Shown here piece after piece: positions 37,401 to 45,396 of a DNA stretch of 64,000 bases. Position numbers and translations under genes: made by a program. Source of the stretch: Candidatus Peribacter sp. (GTDB lineage: Bacteria > Patescibacteriota > Gracilibacteria > Peribacterales > Peribacteraceae); assembly GCA_030647195.1 (NCBI GenBank), contig JAUSKD010000010.1:197-64196 (forward strand), given 5' to 3'. The first letter of the stretch is position 1; every line of letters begins with the position of its first letter. A model generated the notes under the pieces. The model made no database searches. It was not told the DNA's origin and saw only the letters and a list, made by a program, of their open reading frames with translations.

Positions 37401-40032
37401 CGACTGCGGAGGCTGCTACAGCAGCACTTCCTCGGGCAGGTCCTCCTCCGGAGGAAGCGGCGGCTCTGACAGCAGCGGAGGTGGAGGAAGCAGTAGGAGT
37501 TCTTCGTGCGGTTCCCAGTGCTCCCGCAGCTCCGCCTCTTCGCGGTCCGCGAGCTGCGGCAACGGACGGATCGATCTGGGTGAAGACTGTGACAACGGAG
37601 GGATGTGCAAGAACGGCCCGAAGCAGTTCCAGACCTGCTTCTCCAATGCAGATTGCTTCAATGCACAGGGGCAATGCGTGAATGGCTGGTGCAGTGACGG
37701 CCTCCCCTGCTTCGGCGACTGGGATTGCGTGGATTTGTTCCAGTGCGTCTACAACACCTTGTCTGACCCGTCCTGCACCGCACAGTGCAAGCAAACGAGT
37801 TCGCGTTCCTCCTCTTCATCCAGCAATGACTCATCCGGGAGTGGCGCTTCGGGCTCCCGCACCAGTGCGAGTGCTTCCAGTGCCACCTCCGGCCAAAGCT
37901 CCCAATCCAGCAAGAGTGCGAGCATTCAGGAGTGCTGCAAGTATGCCAATCCTATTTTCAATGCACAGACCGGAGAGTGGTTCTGTCAGAAAGGCGAACT
38001 GCTGAACGGAGTCTGCCGTGACTGCTCCTCCTGCTTCAGCAGCAGCAGTTGCTCCCGCAGCTCAAGCATGCAGGATTGCTGCAGATACACCAATTCCGTG
38101 ATCAACGGTGAAACGGGGCAGATCTTCTGTCCTGATGGAGAGTTGCAGCCGGATGGTCGCTGCCGCAACTGCAGTGCCTGCTATAGCAGCTCTTCCCGCT
38201 CGTCCTCCCGTTCCTCCTCGGCCAGCCACTCCCGCGCCTGCGGCAACGGGCTGATCGAGATCGGAGAGGATTGCGACAACGGCAGCATCTGCGGAGCCGG
38301 TGAAGTGGCCGGTCGCCGCTGTGCAAACAACAGCGGCTGTTCCGTCTATCGCGGACCCTGCACAGGAGGGGTCTGCAGCCTGAAAACAGCCGTGTCCTGC
38401 GGGGGTGACGGGGATTGCGTCGAGGAGTACCCGTGCGTCTTCGACACTGCCTCGGATCTCACCTGCTCTGCGCAGTGCAAGCGCACCTCGAGCTCGTCAC
38501 GGTCCTCCAGCTCAAGCTCCAGCTCCCGTTCCTCCTCGTCATCCTCGGGATACGGTTACAGCAGCACGCCCCCGCCCTTCTGCGGGAATGGCGTTGTCAA
38601 TTCCGGTGAGCAGTGTGACGACGGAAACCTGAGTGAAGGCGACGGATGCGACCGGCTCTGCCGCATTGAGGTACCGCACATCTGTGGAAATGGGAGAGTG
38701 GAAGCACCCGAAGAATGTGACGACGGAAACCGGCAGGCGGGTGACGGCTGTTCTCCTTCCTGCATCCGGGAACAGGTTAATGCTCTCTGCGGTAACGGCA
38801 TTATCGAATCGCCCGAAGAGTGCGACGATCGCAACCTGCAGGATGGCGACGGATGCAGCAGAAGCTGCAGCATTGAGCGTCCCTGGGGGAGCAGCTCCAG
38901 CATCTTCATTCCGGGGACATTCGTCTGCGGCAATAACATTCTCGAGCCCGGTGAGGAGTGTGACGACGGAAACCAGATGATCGGCGACGGATGCAATGCC
39001 TCGTGTCGCAAGGAAGCGATTCATGGGCAGCCGGTCTGCGGCAACGGCGTGAAGGAAACCTACGAGCAGTGCGACGATGGCAACCGGCAGGCGGGCGACG
39101 GCTGCGATGCAAGCTGCCGCATCGAATCCACCATCATCACCGGCACGAAAGACTGCGGCAACAGCAAACTGGAGCCCGGCGAAGAGTGTGATGACGGCAA
39201 CCGCCGCGATTTCGACGGCTGCTCCGCAACCTGCTTCCTCGAGAAGGGTTCCTGCGGCGATGGCATCATTCAGCAAGCCCTCGGCGAACAGTGCGAGCCC
39301 TCTCTTCCGCGTCCCCCCGGGACGTCCGTGCCGTACGGGTGCGGCCAGAATTGCCGGTACACGCTGAACTTCTGCGGCAACGGTCTTTTGGATCCGGGCG
39401 AGCAGTGTGACGCCGGCAGCAGGCTGAACAGTAACCAGCCCGATTCGCTCTGCCGCTTAGACTGTTCCCTCCCCCGTTGCGGAGACAGGATCGCCGACAG
39501 CGGAGAGCAGTGCGATGATGGCAATGCCAAGAGCGGCGACGGCTGTGACCGGTTCTGCCTGCGCGAAGGAGGTGCGCCGACAAGCAGTATCTGCGGCAAC
39601 GGACGTCTGGAGATCGGCGAGGAGTGTGATGACGGCAACCGCATCATCGGTGACGGCTGCAATAGTTCCTGCCGTAAGGAGCCCGCGTGCGAGCCGGCGA
39701 ATATGATCTGCGGAGACGGCATCCGGGGCTGTCTGGAGGCATGCGATGACGGAAACCGAGTGAGCGGGGACGGTTGCTCGGCAGATTGCCGCATTGAAGG
39801 GCCTGCGACGATGATTGCAGCAAGCAGCAGCCCGCAGGGACAGCAACAAGGAACCTCGTCCGCCGGTGGAACGTTCAGTAAAGGCCCTGCGTTCGCCACC
39901 CTCCGCGCGTACACGCTCGCAACCTCGCGCACTCAATCCATTCCGGGACAAACCGGCCCTGCCGCGGTTGCGGTCATGGCCGCCGGCGCCGCCGCAGGAT
40001 TCTCCTGGATGCGTCGACGTCGGAGTCGGTGA
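34402..40032 (+). CDS. large (about 1,876 aa) Ser-rich, Cys-repeat envelope protein with C-terminal sorting-like signal
   Basis: Signal-anchor MRKLLGRITVSIALVIVMVLVL (ATG 34402; the track's TTG 34336 is less likely). It has a Ser/Gly/Glu low-complexity region of about 150 aa and 4 copies of a 6-Cys CC[KR]Y module. It also has about 11 CGNGxxExGEECDDGNxxxGDGCxxxC (TIGR02232-type) repeats. The tail reads IPGQTGPAAVAVMAAGAAAGFSWMRRRRSR. Confidence 0.85.
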   Translation: MRKLLGRITVSIALVIVMVLVLQQNVTPKKGKYELAAELIGASICPTGTHDFNCKCDRAKIASTEQISESEAGGVSVYCCAEKELGFLTRMKDTTNPTDADNAYQELVTFLDAYNGMKDEGPDLLENWLQNNCDKATCDQCDKFIDLVGGSAGSNPSSNNNSSDNNSSANNSSEGGGSSRGGTSSKGGGKSSAAGGSSSAGGSSSSEAASSSSAEASSSSGQSSSGKNSSTSVGSSSEANSSSSGDSSSSEESSSSEDSSSSASEESSSSEESSSSEESSSSEGSSSSEGSSESSSSSANTYYVICDKPDPKGYCCKASDKTSGKKCDALGSADTCYDKGATPAAGDNKPGNWYLAQLNKEEKQGVQNKCMKEGGGTGTGGAPEECKGTCGDGRVDKEGDAPEECDEGEANTTDPNTEAESITESDKAVESRDGTVNIPKGISNARESLTGPIPWSKAWGDQLKKSNCDDTCKFTKCVGVNPSADTSACLAIHTGDNKEPLCQPVTHQFVNGMGPYLKPKGGVTDGMQLTLDDVETNFGACSNLPGRSTTGKLFALGGGQDVGNPAEIDGGVEDDIEYAQQISTTDLMATVLVAGKLLALDPANKCDDGAGNNVPPEDTDVAEGADCGRYCWVEKEGGARCTFGGECPSGTCYYFDVNGRKKHCRGRADGVDLLPDNNCRADNGFCASLVTYHNMATCGSREDATGGMMWCINHSCKKLAVKERRRSDRQDNTPAPPPGQGGMPPGGGGGGGGYPRGSSGGSTGGGSTGSTGSGGSGGSGGSPGPGSSRGSSVASSRPSSAGSSGSGGSSKASSKSSSKSSSSSKSGSNDSGGGVGSKSSSKSSSKSSLKSSSSSGPSSASTGSDDGGGNSRRSSNGSQGSGGSGGSDGSGGSSGRSSNASNSSGVSGGSATSSRSSSMQDCCRYSAPTINGETGEVFCRDGTLQPDGRCRNCAGCYSSSSSSKSSSVAECCKYQSPIYNAETGVWYCQKGELQEDGRCRDCGGCYSSTSSGRSSSGGSGGSDSSGGGGSSRSSSCGSQCSRSSASSRSASCGNGRIDLGEDCDNGGMCKNGPKQFQTCFSNADCFNAQGQCVNGWCSDGLPCFGDWDCVDLFQCVYNTLSDPSCTAQCKQTSSRSSSSSSNDSSGSGASGSRTSASASSATSGQSSQSSKSASIQECCKYANPIFNAQTGEWFCQKGELLNGVCRDCSSCFSSSSCSRSSSMQDCCRYTNSVINGETGQIFCPDGELQPDGRCRNCSACYSSSSRSSSRSSSASHSRACGNGLIEIGEDCDNGSICGAGEVAGRRCANNSGCSVYRGPCTGGVCSLKTAVSCGGDGDCVEEYPCVFDTASDLTCSAQCKRTSSSSRSSSSSSSSRSSSSSSGYGYSSTPPPFCGNGVVNSGEQCDDGNLSEGDGCDRLCRIEVPHICGNGRVEAPEECDDGNRQAGDGCSPSCIREQVNALCGNGIIESPEECDDRNLQDGDGCSRSCSIERPWGSSSSIFIPGTFVCGNNILEPGEECDDGNQMIGDGCNASCRKEAIHGQPVCGNGVKETYEQCDDGNRQAGDGCDASCRIESTIITGTKDCGNSKLEPGEECDDGNRRDFDGCSATCFLEKGSCGDGIIQQALGEQCEPSLPRPPGTSVPYGCGQNCRYTLNFCGNGLLDPGEQCDAGSRLNSNQPDSLCRLDCSLPRCGDRIADSGEQCDDGNAKSGDGCDRFCLREGGAPTSSICGNGRLEIGEECDDGNRIIGDGCNSSCRKEPACEPANMICGDGIRGCLEACDDGNRVSGDGCSADCRIEGPATMIAASSSPQGQQQGTSSAGGTFSKGPAFATLRAYTLATSRTQSIPGQTGPAAVAVMAAGAAAGFSWMRRRRSR

Positions 40033-40063
40033 ACCCAAGGGGTTCCTCCTGTTCTCATTTTGC

Positions 40064-42400
40064 ATGACGACCCAAACGATCCTCCGGCGCTTTCTCCTCC
40101 CGACGATTCTGCTGGGGGCCGTCGTCGCCGTGCTCTCGTGGGAGCCATCGCATGTGTCACCCGGTTGGAAGGCTCAAGTGACGACCAGCTCGTCCTCCGC
40201 AGTCTGCGGCAATGGTGTACGCGATGGTACTGAAGAATGTGATTGTTACGGTGAGCAAAACCAATGGACCTGTAACAGTACGACACGATACTGCGATTGC
40301 CCTTCGCCCATCGGCAATGGAACCTGCACGTGTGTGAATGTTTCGTCGAGCTCCTCCTCCGCGGCATCCGTAGATTGTGCTCCGTGTACGAATGGCGGAT
40401 GTCAGACGTGCGCCGCCAACGCTCAGGATCCCCTGTGCGGAATTCCTCTGGCCAATGGTGGTACCTATGAATGTTTGGCAGCTCCCAATGCCAATTATAC
40501 GGTCTGTACCTGTCCGGCAGCCTCTTCTGCGACATCGTCCTCGCCATCAACCCAGAGTTCCGCAGCCAGTCAGGCATCTTCCGCTGCAGCAACTTCGCAG
40601 TCTTCCTCGGCTGTTGTATCTTCCCAGACTTCATCTGCCGCAGTGTCCTCTCAGGCCTCTTCCGTTCTCCCGCCTCAGAGTTCCTTCAGCTCGGCAGGTT
40701 CGGCGCCCAACGGCTCCGTCATCGGGATCGAAGCCGGGCTCTGCGCGCAGGTGAAGGCGGATCCCGTCACCGGCCAGAAGCTGGTGTACTGCTGTCTCGA
40801 TGAGGGTTTCATCTACCAGCGCGAAGCCAGCCAACAGGAATTCGAGCAGTTTGTGTCCCTGCTGAAACGTCTCGAAAGCATGTCGGCCAAAGATGCCAAA
40901 CCCATTTTCGATGTCCCCTATGACGGCAGCATTCACAGGAAGTACGGTTGGACCTCCCTCTGCGGAAAACAGATCCCCTGCGATGTGTGCTCCCAGGATC
41001 ACATCTGCGGCAACGGAGTGGTGGAAGCCACCGAGAAATGCGACGACGGCCCGCGCAATTCCGCCGAGACGCCGGACGTGTGCCGCATTGACTGCACGCT
41101 GCCCAAATGCGGAGACAGCGTGATTGACCGTCAGGCGGGCGAGGAATGCGACGACGGCAGGTTCAACGGCGATCAGCCCAATCGCTGCAGAACAGACTGC
41201 GTCCTTCCCCGGTGCGGCGACGCCATCATCGATTCCCTCAGCGGTGAAACCTGTGATACGGGAAGAGGCAATTCGGATACGCTGGCCAACAGCTGCAGAA
41301 GCAACTGTCAGTCCCCCCGCTGCGGCGACGGAGTGCAAGACTCGCACGAAGATTGCGATGACGGCAATCGGGCAGACAGTGACGGGTGCTCCTTCTACTG
41401 TGAATTGGAAAGAAGACAGACCTCCTCTGCTGCTGTCACCGTCCTCCCGACGCTGCGCTGCGGGAACGGAATCACGGAACCCGGGGAGGAGTGCGACACC
41501 GGTTCGAATAACGCAAACGTCCCCAACAACTGCAGGCAGAATTGCATCCTGCCACGCTGCGGAGACCGCATTCAGGACACCGGCGAGGAGTGCGACGACG
41601 GCAATAACGCAAACGGAGACGGCTGCACTGCCCTCTGTATGCGGGAACTCGTCCTCTCGCTGACAAATGTCTGCGGGAATCAGATCATCGACCCCGGGGA
41701 GGAATGTGATGCCGGCAGCGGTAACGCCAACATTCCCGACCACTGCCGCTTCGACTGTCGCTTCCCCACCTGCGGCGATGGCATCAAGGATACGAACGAA
41801 CAGTGCGACGACCGCAACCACCTGGATGGTGACGGATGTACGAAAGACTGCTTCAGCGAATTCTGCGGCGACGGCTTCAAAGAAATGGGCGAAGAGTGCG
41901 ACGATGGCAACCTGATCAGCGGGGATGGCTGCAGCCGCTTATGTCAAAAAGATACAGGGACGCCCGTTTCCGCCCTCATCATCGAGACGGGTTCCCTGGC
42001 CATGCGCTCTTCCAGGCCGCCGCTTCGCGGCGCAGCCTCCAGCAAGGCGTCGACCGCCGCATCTTCCAAGGTCTCCACAGCACAGCAGAAATCCTCTGCA
42101 CGGATGGTGAATCCGGTCGCCACTGTCTCGTCTTCGTCCTCCGCCTCGAGCGTGTTCTCCGTCACGGGCCAGGCGTTCTCGATAGCCTCATCCGCCCCGC
42201 AAATGGCTTCCACCACCCTGAACGCGCAGGTGATTCCCTTCCCCGCCGCAGCCACCGTTCCCGTATCCGCGTACTACTATCCGCAGCAACCGGTCTTCAC
42301 TACGACCACCCTGAATGACACCGGTCCTGCCGCCTTGAGCATCGTCGCCATGGGGGCGGCCGCGGGCCTCGCGTGGGCAAGACGGAAACGAAGGATGTAA
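40064..42400 (+). CDS. Cys-repeat envelope protein (778 aa) with the same C-terminal sorting-like signal
   Basis: ATG 40064 (MTTQTILRRFLLPTILLGAVVAVL), 31 nt after the previous stop. It has Ser/Ala-rich linkers and about 10 TIGR02232-type repeats. The tail reads LNDTGPAALSIVAMGAAAGLAWARRKRRM. Confidence 0.85.
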   Translation: MTTQTILRRFLLPTILLGAVVAVLSWEPSHVSPGWKAQVTTSSSSAVCGNGVRDGTEECDCYGEQNQWTCNSTTRYCDCPSPIGNGTCTCVNVSSSSSSAASVDCAPCTNGGCQTCAANAQDPLCGIPLANGGTYECLAAPNANYTVCTCPAASSATSSSPSTQSSAASQASSAAATSQSSSAVVSSQTSSAAVSSQASSVLPPQSSFSSAGSAPNGSVIGIEAGLCAQVKADPVTGQKLVYCCLDEGFIYQREASQQEFEQFVSLLKRLESMSAKDAKPIFDVPYDGSIHRKYGWTSLCGKQIPCDVCSQDHICGNGVVEATEKCDDGPRNSAETPDVCRIDCTLPKCGDSVIDRQAGEECDDGRFNGDQPNRCRTDCVLPRCGDAIIDSLSGETCDTGRGNSDTLANSCRSNCQSPRCGDGVQDSHEDCDDGNRADSDGCSFYCELERRQTSSAAVTVLPTLRCGNGITEPGEECDTGSNNANVPNNCRQNCILPRCGDRIQDTGEECDDGNNANGDGCTALCMRELVLSLTNVCGNQIIDPGEECDAGSGNANIPDHCRFDCRFPTCGDGIKDTNEQCDDRNHLDGDGCTKDCFSEFCGDGFKEMGEECDDGNLISGDGCSRLCQKDTGTPVSALIIETGSLAMRSSRPPLRGAASSKASTAASSKVSTAQQKSSARMVNPVATVSSSSSASSVFSVTGQAFSIASSAPQMASTTLNAQVIPFPAAATVPVSAYYYPQQPVFTTTTLNDTGPAALSIVAMGAAAGLAWARRKRRM

Positions 42401-42413
42401 CGAGGGAGCTTGA

Positions 42414-42483
42414 AGCTGTTAGCTGTTAGCTGATAGTACGAATTTTTGTTGTTCTAAAAGCTATCAGCTCACAGCTAACAGCT
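42414..42483. terminator. bidirectional hairpin built from (AGCTNNN)n units between convergent genes
   Basis: Arms agctgttagctgttagctgatag and ctatcagctcacagctaacagct pair at 22 of 23 positions, with a 24-nt AT-rich loop. Confidence 0.65.
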
Positions 42484-42485
42484 CG

Positions 42486-43385
42486 TTACCATTTGCCTCC
42501 CGCCCCACCACCCCCAAAGGATCCTCCTCCAAACCCTCCGAATCCCCCTCCCGATGAACTTCCGCCGGAACCGAATCCCCCGCCCCCCATCATTCCACCC
42601 CATCCGCCACGCCCTCCGCGACGACCGGGGCGGCCCGGTCGATAGGTCTTGGACGCGATGAAATCGATCAGCAAACCGACAATAAGCAAGAGAGGAATGG
42701 TCAACCACCAGCCAAAGACGACCGCAAGCCCGATGCCGCACACGCCTCCGAGCACGCCGCCCAACCACCACGACTTGGTGCGGCCCAGAAAGACCACTGC
42801 CCATTGAAGGAGGATGATGACAAAGAAGAAGAGGAAGGGAACGAATCCGCCAGAGCTGCCTTCGGATGACGTCGCATAGCGGTCCGCCGTATATTCGCCG
42901 CCGATGTGCTTCTGAAGCGCCGTGATGCCCGCCTTGATGCCCCCTGCGTAATCCCCATCCCGGAATTTTGGCGAGATCTCCTGCTCGATGATGCCTTTCG
43001 CCACGATATCCGGCACGGCCCCCTCGAGCCCGTAGCCCGTTGCGAGAAAGATCTCGCGATCGGAGTACGCAACGAGAATGAGGATGCCGTTATTATTTTC
43101 CTTCGTGCCGACCCCCCACTTGCGCCCCACCTGCACCGCGACATCGGCAATGGGCTCGCCGTTCAGCGTATTCACAATCAGCACGGCGATCTGGTTGCTC
43201 GTTTCCTTCTGGTAGGCGGTGAGTGTTTCGGAAATCTGTGTCTTTTCCTCCGCAGAAAGCACATTGGCCGTGTCCGTCACAAAGCCGTCATTCGGCGGGA
43301 CGTCGAAGGCCAGCGCGGTCACTGCACCTCCGAGGAGCACGAGGACGCCCGTCACGCCGACGAGAGCGACCTTGAGGCGCATCAT
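42486..43385 (-). CDS. TPM-domain (YgcG-like) membrane protein with Gly-rich tail
   Basis: Signal peptide, then FVTDTANVLSAEEKTQISETL..ETSNQIAVLIV..GILILVAYSDREIFLATGYGLEG, TM segments, and a GGGFGSGG... tail. Its start overlaps the lemA stop (ATGA). Confidence 0.8.
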   Translation of the reverse strand: MMRLKVALVGVTGVLVLLGGAVTALAFDVPPNDGFVTDTANVLSAEEKTQISETLTAYQKETSNQIAVLIVNTLNGEPIADVAVQVGRKWGVGTKENNNGILILVAYSDREIFLATGYGLEGAVPDIVAKGIIEQEISPKFRDGDYAGGIKAGITALQKHIGGEYTADRYATSSEGSSGGFVPFLFFFVIILLQWAVVFLGRTKSWWLGGVLGGVCGIGLAVVFGWWLTIPLLLIVGLLIDFIASKTYRPGRPGRRGGRGGWGGMMGGGGFGSGGSSSGGGFGGFGGGSFGGGGAGGKW

Positions 43386-43948
43386 TGGTCGAAATCAACG
43401 ACGGGAGCCTTGTCAGCGCCGGGAGCGGCCTCGAAGGGCTTCTCCTGAGCAAAACCGAAGATCCCGGCCAGTAGATTGGACGGGAAGCGCCGGATAGCCA
43501 CGTTGTAGGTCTTCACGGCATCGTTGTAGTCCTTGCGGGCCACGGAGATGCGGTTCTCGGTGCCTTCCAGCTGCGTCATGAGGTCACGGAATGCCTCTGT
43601 CGCCTTCAACTGCGGGTAGGCCTCGACCGTGACGAGCAGGCGACCCAAGGCGCCTTCCATGTTCTGGGCGGCTGCAAGCTTGTCCTGTCTCGTTCCGGCA
43701 CCCATCCACTGCGTACGGGCCTCCGTAACCGCCGTGAGCGTGGATTGCTCGAAATTTGCCGCGCCTTTAACGGTATTCACCAGATTCGGCACCAGATCGA
43801 TACGCCGTTGATAGACAGTCTCCACCTGCGCCCATGCGTTCTTCACGTTCTCCTGCTGGGCAACGAAGCCGTTGAAGCCGCTCCACAGCCACCCGCCAAG
43901 GACGACAAGGACCAGAATGAGTACGATGACCCAAGGTTTCTTGATCAT
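43382..43948 (-). CDS. lemA: LemA family protein
   Basis: N-terminal TM segment, then QQENVKNAWAQVETVYQRRIDLVPNLV...TEARTQ...YPQLKA..F..L..QLEGTENRISVAR..YN, the LemA signature. This is the classical LemA-TPM gene pair. ATG c43948 chosen. Confidence 0.85.
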   Translation of the reverse strand: MIKKPWVIVLILVLVVLGGWLWSGFNGFVAQQENVKNAWAQVETVYQRRIDLVPNLVNTVKGAANFEQSTLTAVTEARTQWMGAGTRQDKLAAAQNMEGALGRLLVTVEAYPQLKATEAFRDLMTQLEGTENRISVARKDYNDAVKTYNVAIRRFPSNLLAGIFGFAQEKPFEAAPGADKAPVVDFDQ

Positions 43949-44115
43949 GGAAAAAGGGGAAAAGCTTCCGCAGTATAGCATAGGCTTTCGCTCACGATCC
44001 AAACGTCCCGATCAATTCCGCTTCAGCCACACTATGCCCCTGCATGGCCGAATGGAGGGAGGACCCTCTGCACCTCTGCCAGTGCAGACAGCCAACCCTC
44101 CCCCGGCCCATCGCA

Positions 44116-44319
44116 TTACACAGCTTTCAGAGTCTCACCGTCGTCGAAGATGCCCGGCATGATTTCGCGGTAGCCCGCCTGCATGAAACGCTGCCGCTGC
44201 AGAAGCGGATCGACTGCACTGCGGTGACCGTTCGGGAAATTCTCGGGATCAGTGTGCGGCTTCACCGCTTCGGGTTCCAGCGGGCCATCGCGGCCCGCAT
44301 CTTCGAGCGTACGAATCAT
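44116..44319 (-). CDS. hypothetical small protein (67 aa)
   Basis: MIRTLEDAGRDGPLEPEAVKPHTDPENFPNGHRSAVDPLLQRQRFMQAGYREIMPGIFDDGETLKAV. Codons are GC3-rich, and the gene is preceded by the CU-rich tract (cttcttcccccttttcc) seen at other starts. The track's longer 138-aa form looks non-coding upstream. Confidence 0.45.
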   Translation of the reverse strand: MIRTLEDAGRDGPLEPEAVKPHTDPENFPNGHRSAVDPLLQRQRFMQAGYREIMPGIFDDGETLKAV

Positions 44320-44605
44320 TGTGGAAAAGGGGGAAGAAGTAGTACCGCCAGTCTCACAACATCTGAACGCACAGGAAATCGATTGGATGAGCGAAAGATT
44401 CCACTCCCCTCCTCTGCCTTTCCATAAAACAAAAATGCATAGAGGGAGTGGATCGGACACCCAGTTGCTGGCATTGGAAAACGGGCTGGGGAATGGCCCC
44501 ACACAACTCGCTTCGCTCGTATGCGGGGCCAAGGATCTTGCGACTCGCTGCGCCTGCCTGCCGGCAGGCAGGTCGTTTCACTCCTTGCTCGTCAGCAATT
44601 CACCT

Positions 44606-44682
44606 TGGTCGGGGTGGTGCGACTTGAACGCACGGCCTCCTGCTCCCAAAGCAGGCGCTCTAGCCAACTGAGCTACACCCCG
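44606..44682 (-). tRNA. tRNA-Pro (anticodon UGG), CCA encoded
   Basis: Reverse complement is CGGGGUGUAGCUCAGUUGGCUAGAGCGCCUGCUUUGGGAGCAGGAGGCCGUGCGUUCAAGUCGCACCACCCCGACCA, with anticodon loop UUUGGGA. Confidence 0.9.
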
Positions 44683-44766
44683 GACTGACGTAGGATACAT
44701 CAAAACAAGCAGTCATGGGCTAGAGCGCTGTATTGTTTATTGCTCGCATCGCAAGCGATGCTCTTG

Positions 44767-44806
44767 AGCCAACTGAGCTACACCCCGGATGCACAGAGAG
44801 GATACA
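44767..44806 (-). pseudogene. truncated duplicate of the tRNA-Pro 5' leader plus 5' half
   Basis: On the minus strand, TGTATCCT-N10-CCGGGGTGTAGCTCAGTTGGCT repeats the leader and first 21 nt of tRNA-Pro (copy at 44662-44699). The downstream sequence does not fold into a cloverleaf. Confidence 0.7.
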
Positions 44807-44841
44807 CTAGACACGCATGGGCTGCATTATCCCCATGAAGC

Positions 44842-45396
44842 ATGCCAACAGTATTTCTCTTCCACGGCGTCGGAGGTCACTCGCAGGAAAACTGGCTTCC
44901 CTGGCTTCAGGGTGAACTGGAGCGGCAAAGCTACGCTGTCATCGTTCCCGACTTTCCGAACGCGGATCATCCCGTGCTCGCGGAATGGTCCGCTGACTTC
45001 CGGAAGTACGACACACTGATTGATGAACACACAATGTTCGTCGGGCACAGTCTCGGGGGCGCATTTGCCTTGAGGCTGCTCGAGCGGATGAGCAAATCCA
45101 TTCGCGCCTGCTTCCTCGTCGCATCCGTCTGGGGCGTGATGGAAAACCAATTTGATCCGGTCATGAGTACCTTCACCGAACCTCCCTACGATTGGAAAAG
45201 GATTCGAAGGAACGCAAAACACTATTCGGTCATTCATTCCGACAATGATCCCTACATCAAACTGTCGCAGGCTGAGGAACTCGCAAAGAATCTCGGTACG
45301 AACGTGACGCTCGTCCGTGGCGGCGGGCATTTCAATGTGAGCGCCGGATATAGGGAATTTCCGTTCCTGCTCGAACGCATCACCGCTGCATCGTAA
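44842..45396 (+). CDS. alpha/beta serine hydrolase of the YdeN/RBBP9 family
   Basis: 184 aa with VFLFHGVGGHSQENWLPWL, a nucleophile elbow FVGHSLGG, and HSDNDPYI plus GGGHF. Confidence 0.75.
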   Translation: MPTVFLFHGVGGHSQENWLPWLQGELERQSYAVIVPDFPNADHPVLAEWSADFRKYDTLIDEHTMFVGHSLGGAFALRLLERMSKSIRACFLVASVWGVMENQFDPVMSTFTEPPYDWKRIRRNAKHYSVIHSDNDPYIKLSQAEELAKNLGTNVTLVRGGGHFNVSAGYREFPFLLERITAAS

